DNA of 51,258 nt, taken from the NCBI RefSeq assembly GCF_001194135.2, contig NC_068997.1, positions 33,588,505 through 33,639,762 on the forward strand, written 5' to 3'. The notes beneath the pieces are model-generated. The model saw nothing but the letters and a program-made list of their open reading frames with translations, searched no databases and had not been told where the DNA came from. Position 1 is the stretch's first letter. Every line of letters begins with the position of its first letter. Below, in pieces: positions 50,030 to 51,258 of the stretch. A program made the position numbers and the translations under genes. The stretch is from Octopus bimaculoides (Eukaryota).

Positions 50030-50340
50030 AACTTGCTTTCGTGGTTGTGTGGTTAGAAGTTTGCTTCCCAACCACATGGTTCTGGGTTCAGTCCCACTGT
50101 GTGATGCCTTGGGCAAGTGCCCTCTACTTTAGCCTTGGGTCAACCAAAGTTTTGTTAGTGGATTCGGTAGATGGAAACTGAAAGAAGCCTGTTTTATATA
50201 TATATATATATAGATCTATGTGTATCTTTGTAATGTGTTTGTCCCCCCTTTACTGCTTGACAACCAGTATTGTCTTTACGTCCCTACAACTTAGTGGTTT
50301 GGCAAAAGAAACAGATAGAATAAGTACCAGGCTTAAAAAA
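50030..50340 (+). mobile_element. tRNA-derived SINE family A
   Basis: GTGGTTGTGTGG...GGGTTCAGTCCC head and the family A body. Confidence 0.82.
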
Positions 50341-50345
50341 AAAAA

Positions 50346-50620
50346 TAAGAGATGAGGAATTATGGACATTATTTACATTATTTACATTCGACGAATATTT
50401 GTCCTCATCTTGTTTGTTGTTAACACATTTCGGCTGATATACACTCCAGCCTTCTTCAGGTGTCTTGGGGGAAATTTCGAATCTGGGATCTCATTCCTAA
50501 GGTATTTTTCGATGTTATTATTATTATTATTGTTATTATTATTATTGTTCAGCTCACTGCTTGGAATCAAACTCAGAATCTTTGGATTAGTAGCTTGCGC
50601 TCTTAACCACTACACCATAC
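50346..50620 (-). mobile_element. Full-length tRNA-headed, hammerhead-containing SINE-like element
   Basis: Minus strand begins GTATGGTGTAGTGGTTAAGAGCGCAAGCTACTAATCCAAAGATTCTGAGTTTGATTCC (A-box TGGTGTAGTGG, B-box GAGTTTGATTCC), then (AAT)n, then the same body as 7431-7670. Confidence 0.78.
50422..50464 (-). ncRNA. Hammerhead ribozyme motif remnant
   Basis: Minus strand reads GACAC-CTGAAGA-A-GGCTG-GAGTGTATAT-CAGCC-GAAA-TGTGTT (C>T plus a 3-nt deletion). Confidence 0.55.
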
Positions 50621-50756
50621 CTTAGGAATGAGAACCCAGGTTCGAAATTTCCCCAAGACACCTGAAGAAGGCTGGAGGGTATATCAGCCGAAACATTGTG
50701 TTAACAACAAACAAGATGAGGACAAATATCCGTTGAATGTAAATAATGTAAATAAT
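50617..50756 (+). mobile_element. Inverted copy of the 3' part of the element, fused to the 5' end of the main copy
   Basis: Reverse complement of about 50368-50506; joined at ATAC microhomology. Confidence 0.85.
50657..50702 (+). ncRNA. Minimal type I hammerhead ribozyme motif (one G>A in stem III)
   Basis: GACAC-CTGAAGA-A-GGCTG-GAGGGTATAT-CAGCC-GAAA-CA-TT-GTGTT. Confidence 0.7.
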
Positions 50757-51222
50757 GGGGTTGATTTGTTTGACTAAAATTCCTCATGGTGGTGACCTAG
50801 CATATAAATATATATAAATATATATAAATATATATATACATATATATATATTAAAGTAATAAAGTTATTTTTTAGTTATAGAGTGACCAATGGTTTTGCA
50901 TCCTTAAAGGCTGTAGTTTCACAGACAATTCATCACACTTTTGTCCAAAGACAGATTTAATTCTTCACCTCTGGGAGGCAGAAATCTGTTGTGGTCAATG
51001 GTCATTTAGTCATCTAAGAATAAATATTCCAGCATTAGCAAGGACAGGTTATCCTCCCCAAGACCAGTCATCTGTGGGCTGGGTGCAGTTAACAAGGGAT
51101 TTATTCCTTGGATTATTTTTGGATCATGAAGACTCTTCCAGGCTTAGTCAGTAAACAGGGAATCCCATGCTTTCAGCAGGTAGTGCTTGAAATGGATGCA
51201 TGGTGTGAAAATTCCTTAGCAA

Positions 51223-51258
<36 letters not shown>

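Overview
AT-rich, gap-containing, repeat-dense eukaryotic genomic DNA. The repeat inventory (tRNA-derived SINEs, RTE LINEs with (GAT)n tails, abundant (TA)n/(CAT)n microsatellites) points to an octopus-type cephalopod; this is an inference. The only firmly identified gene is the 5' third of alkylglycerone-phosphate (alkyl-DHAP) synthase, AGPS, on the + strand: six GT-AG coding exons between 21487 and 48186, 631 nt (210 codons), continuing beyond the window. Its N-terminus has no canonical PTS2. The rest is mostly decayed RTE, mariner and Penelope fragments, SINEs and microsatellites. The most striking non-genic signal is a tRNA-headed SINE-like element carrying a minimal type I hammerhead ribozyme. 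It occurs at two loci (about 7.26-7.67 kb and 50.35-50.76 kb), each time fused to an inverted copy of its own 3' part, as in Penelope-like element (PLE) insertions. A second, unrelated degenerate hammerhead sits in another inverted-repeat cluster at 9.2-9.8 kb. Exon and ribozyme coordinates were read base by base; repeat boundaries are approximate. No database searches were run.
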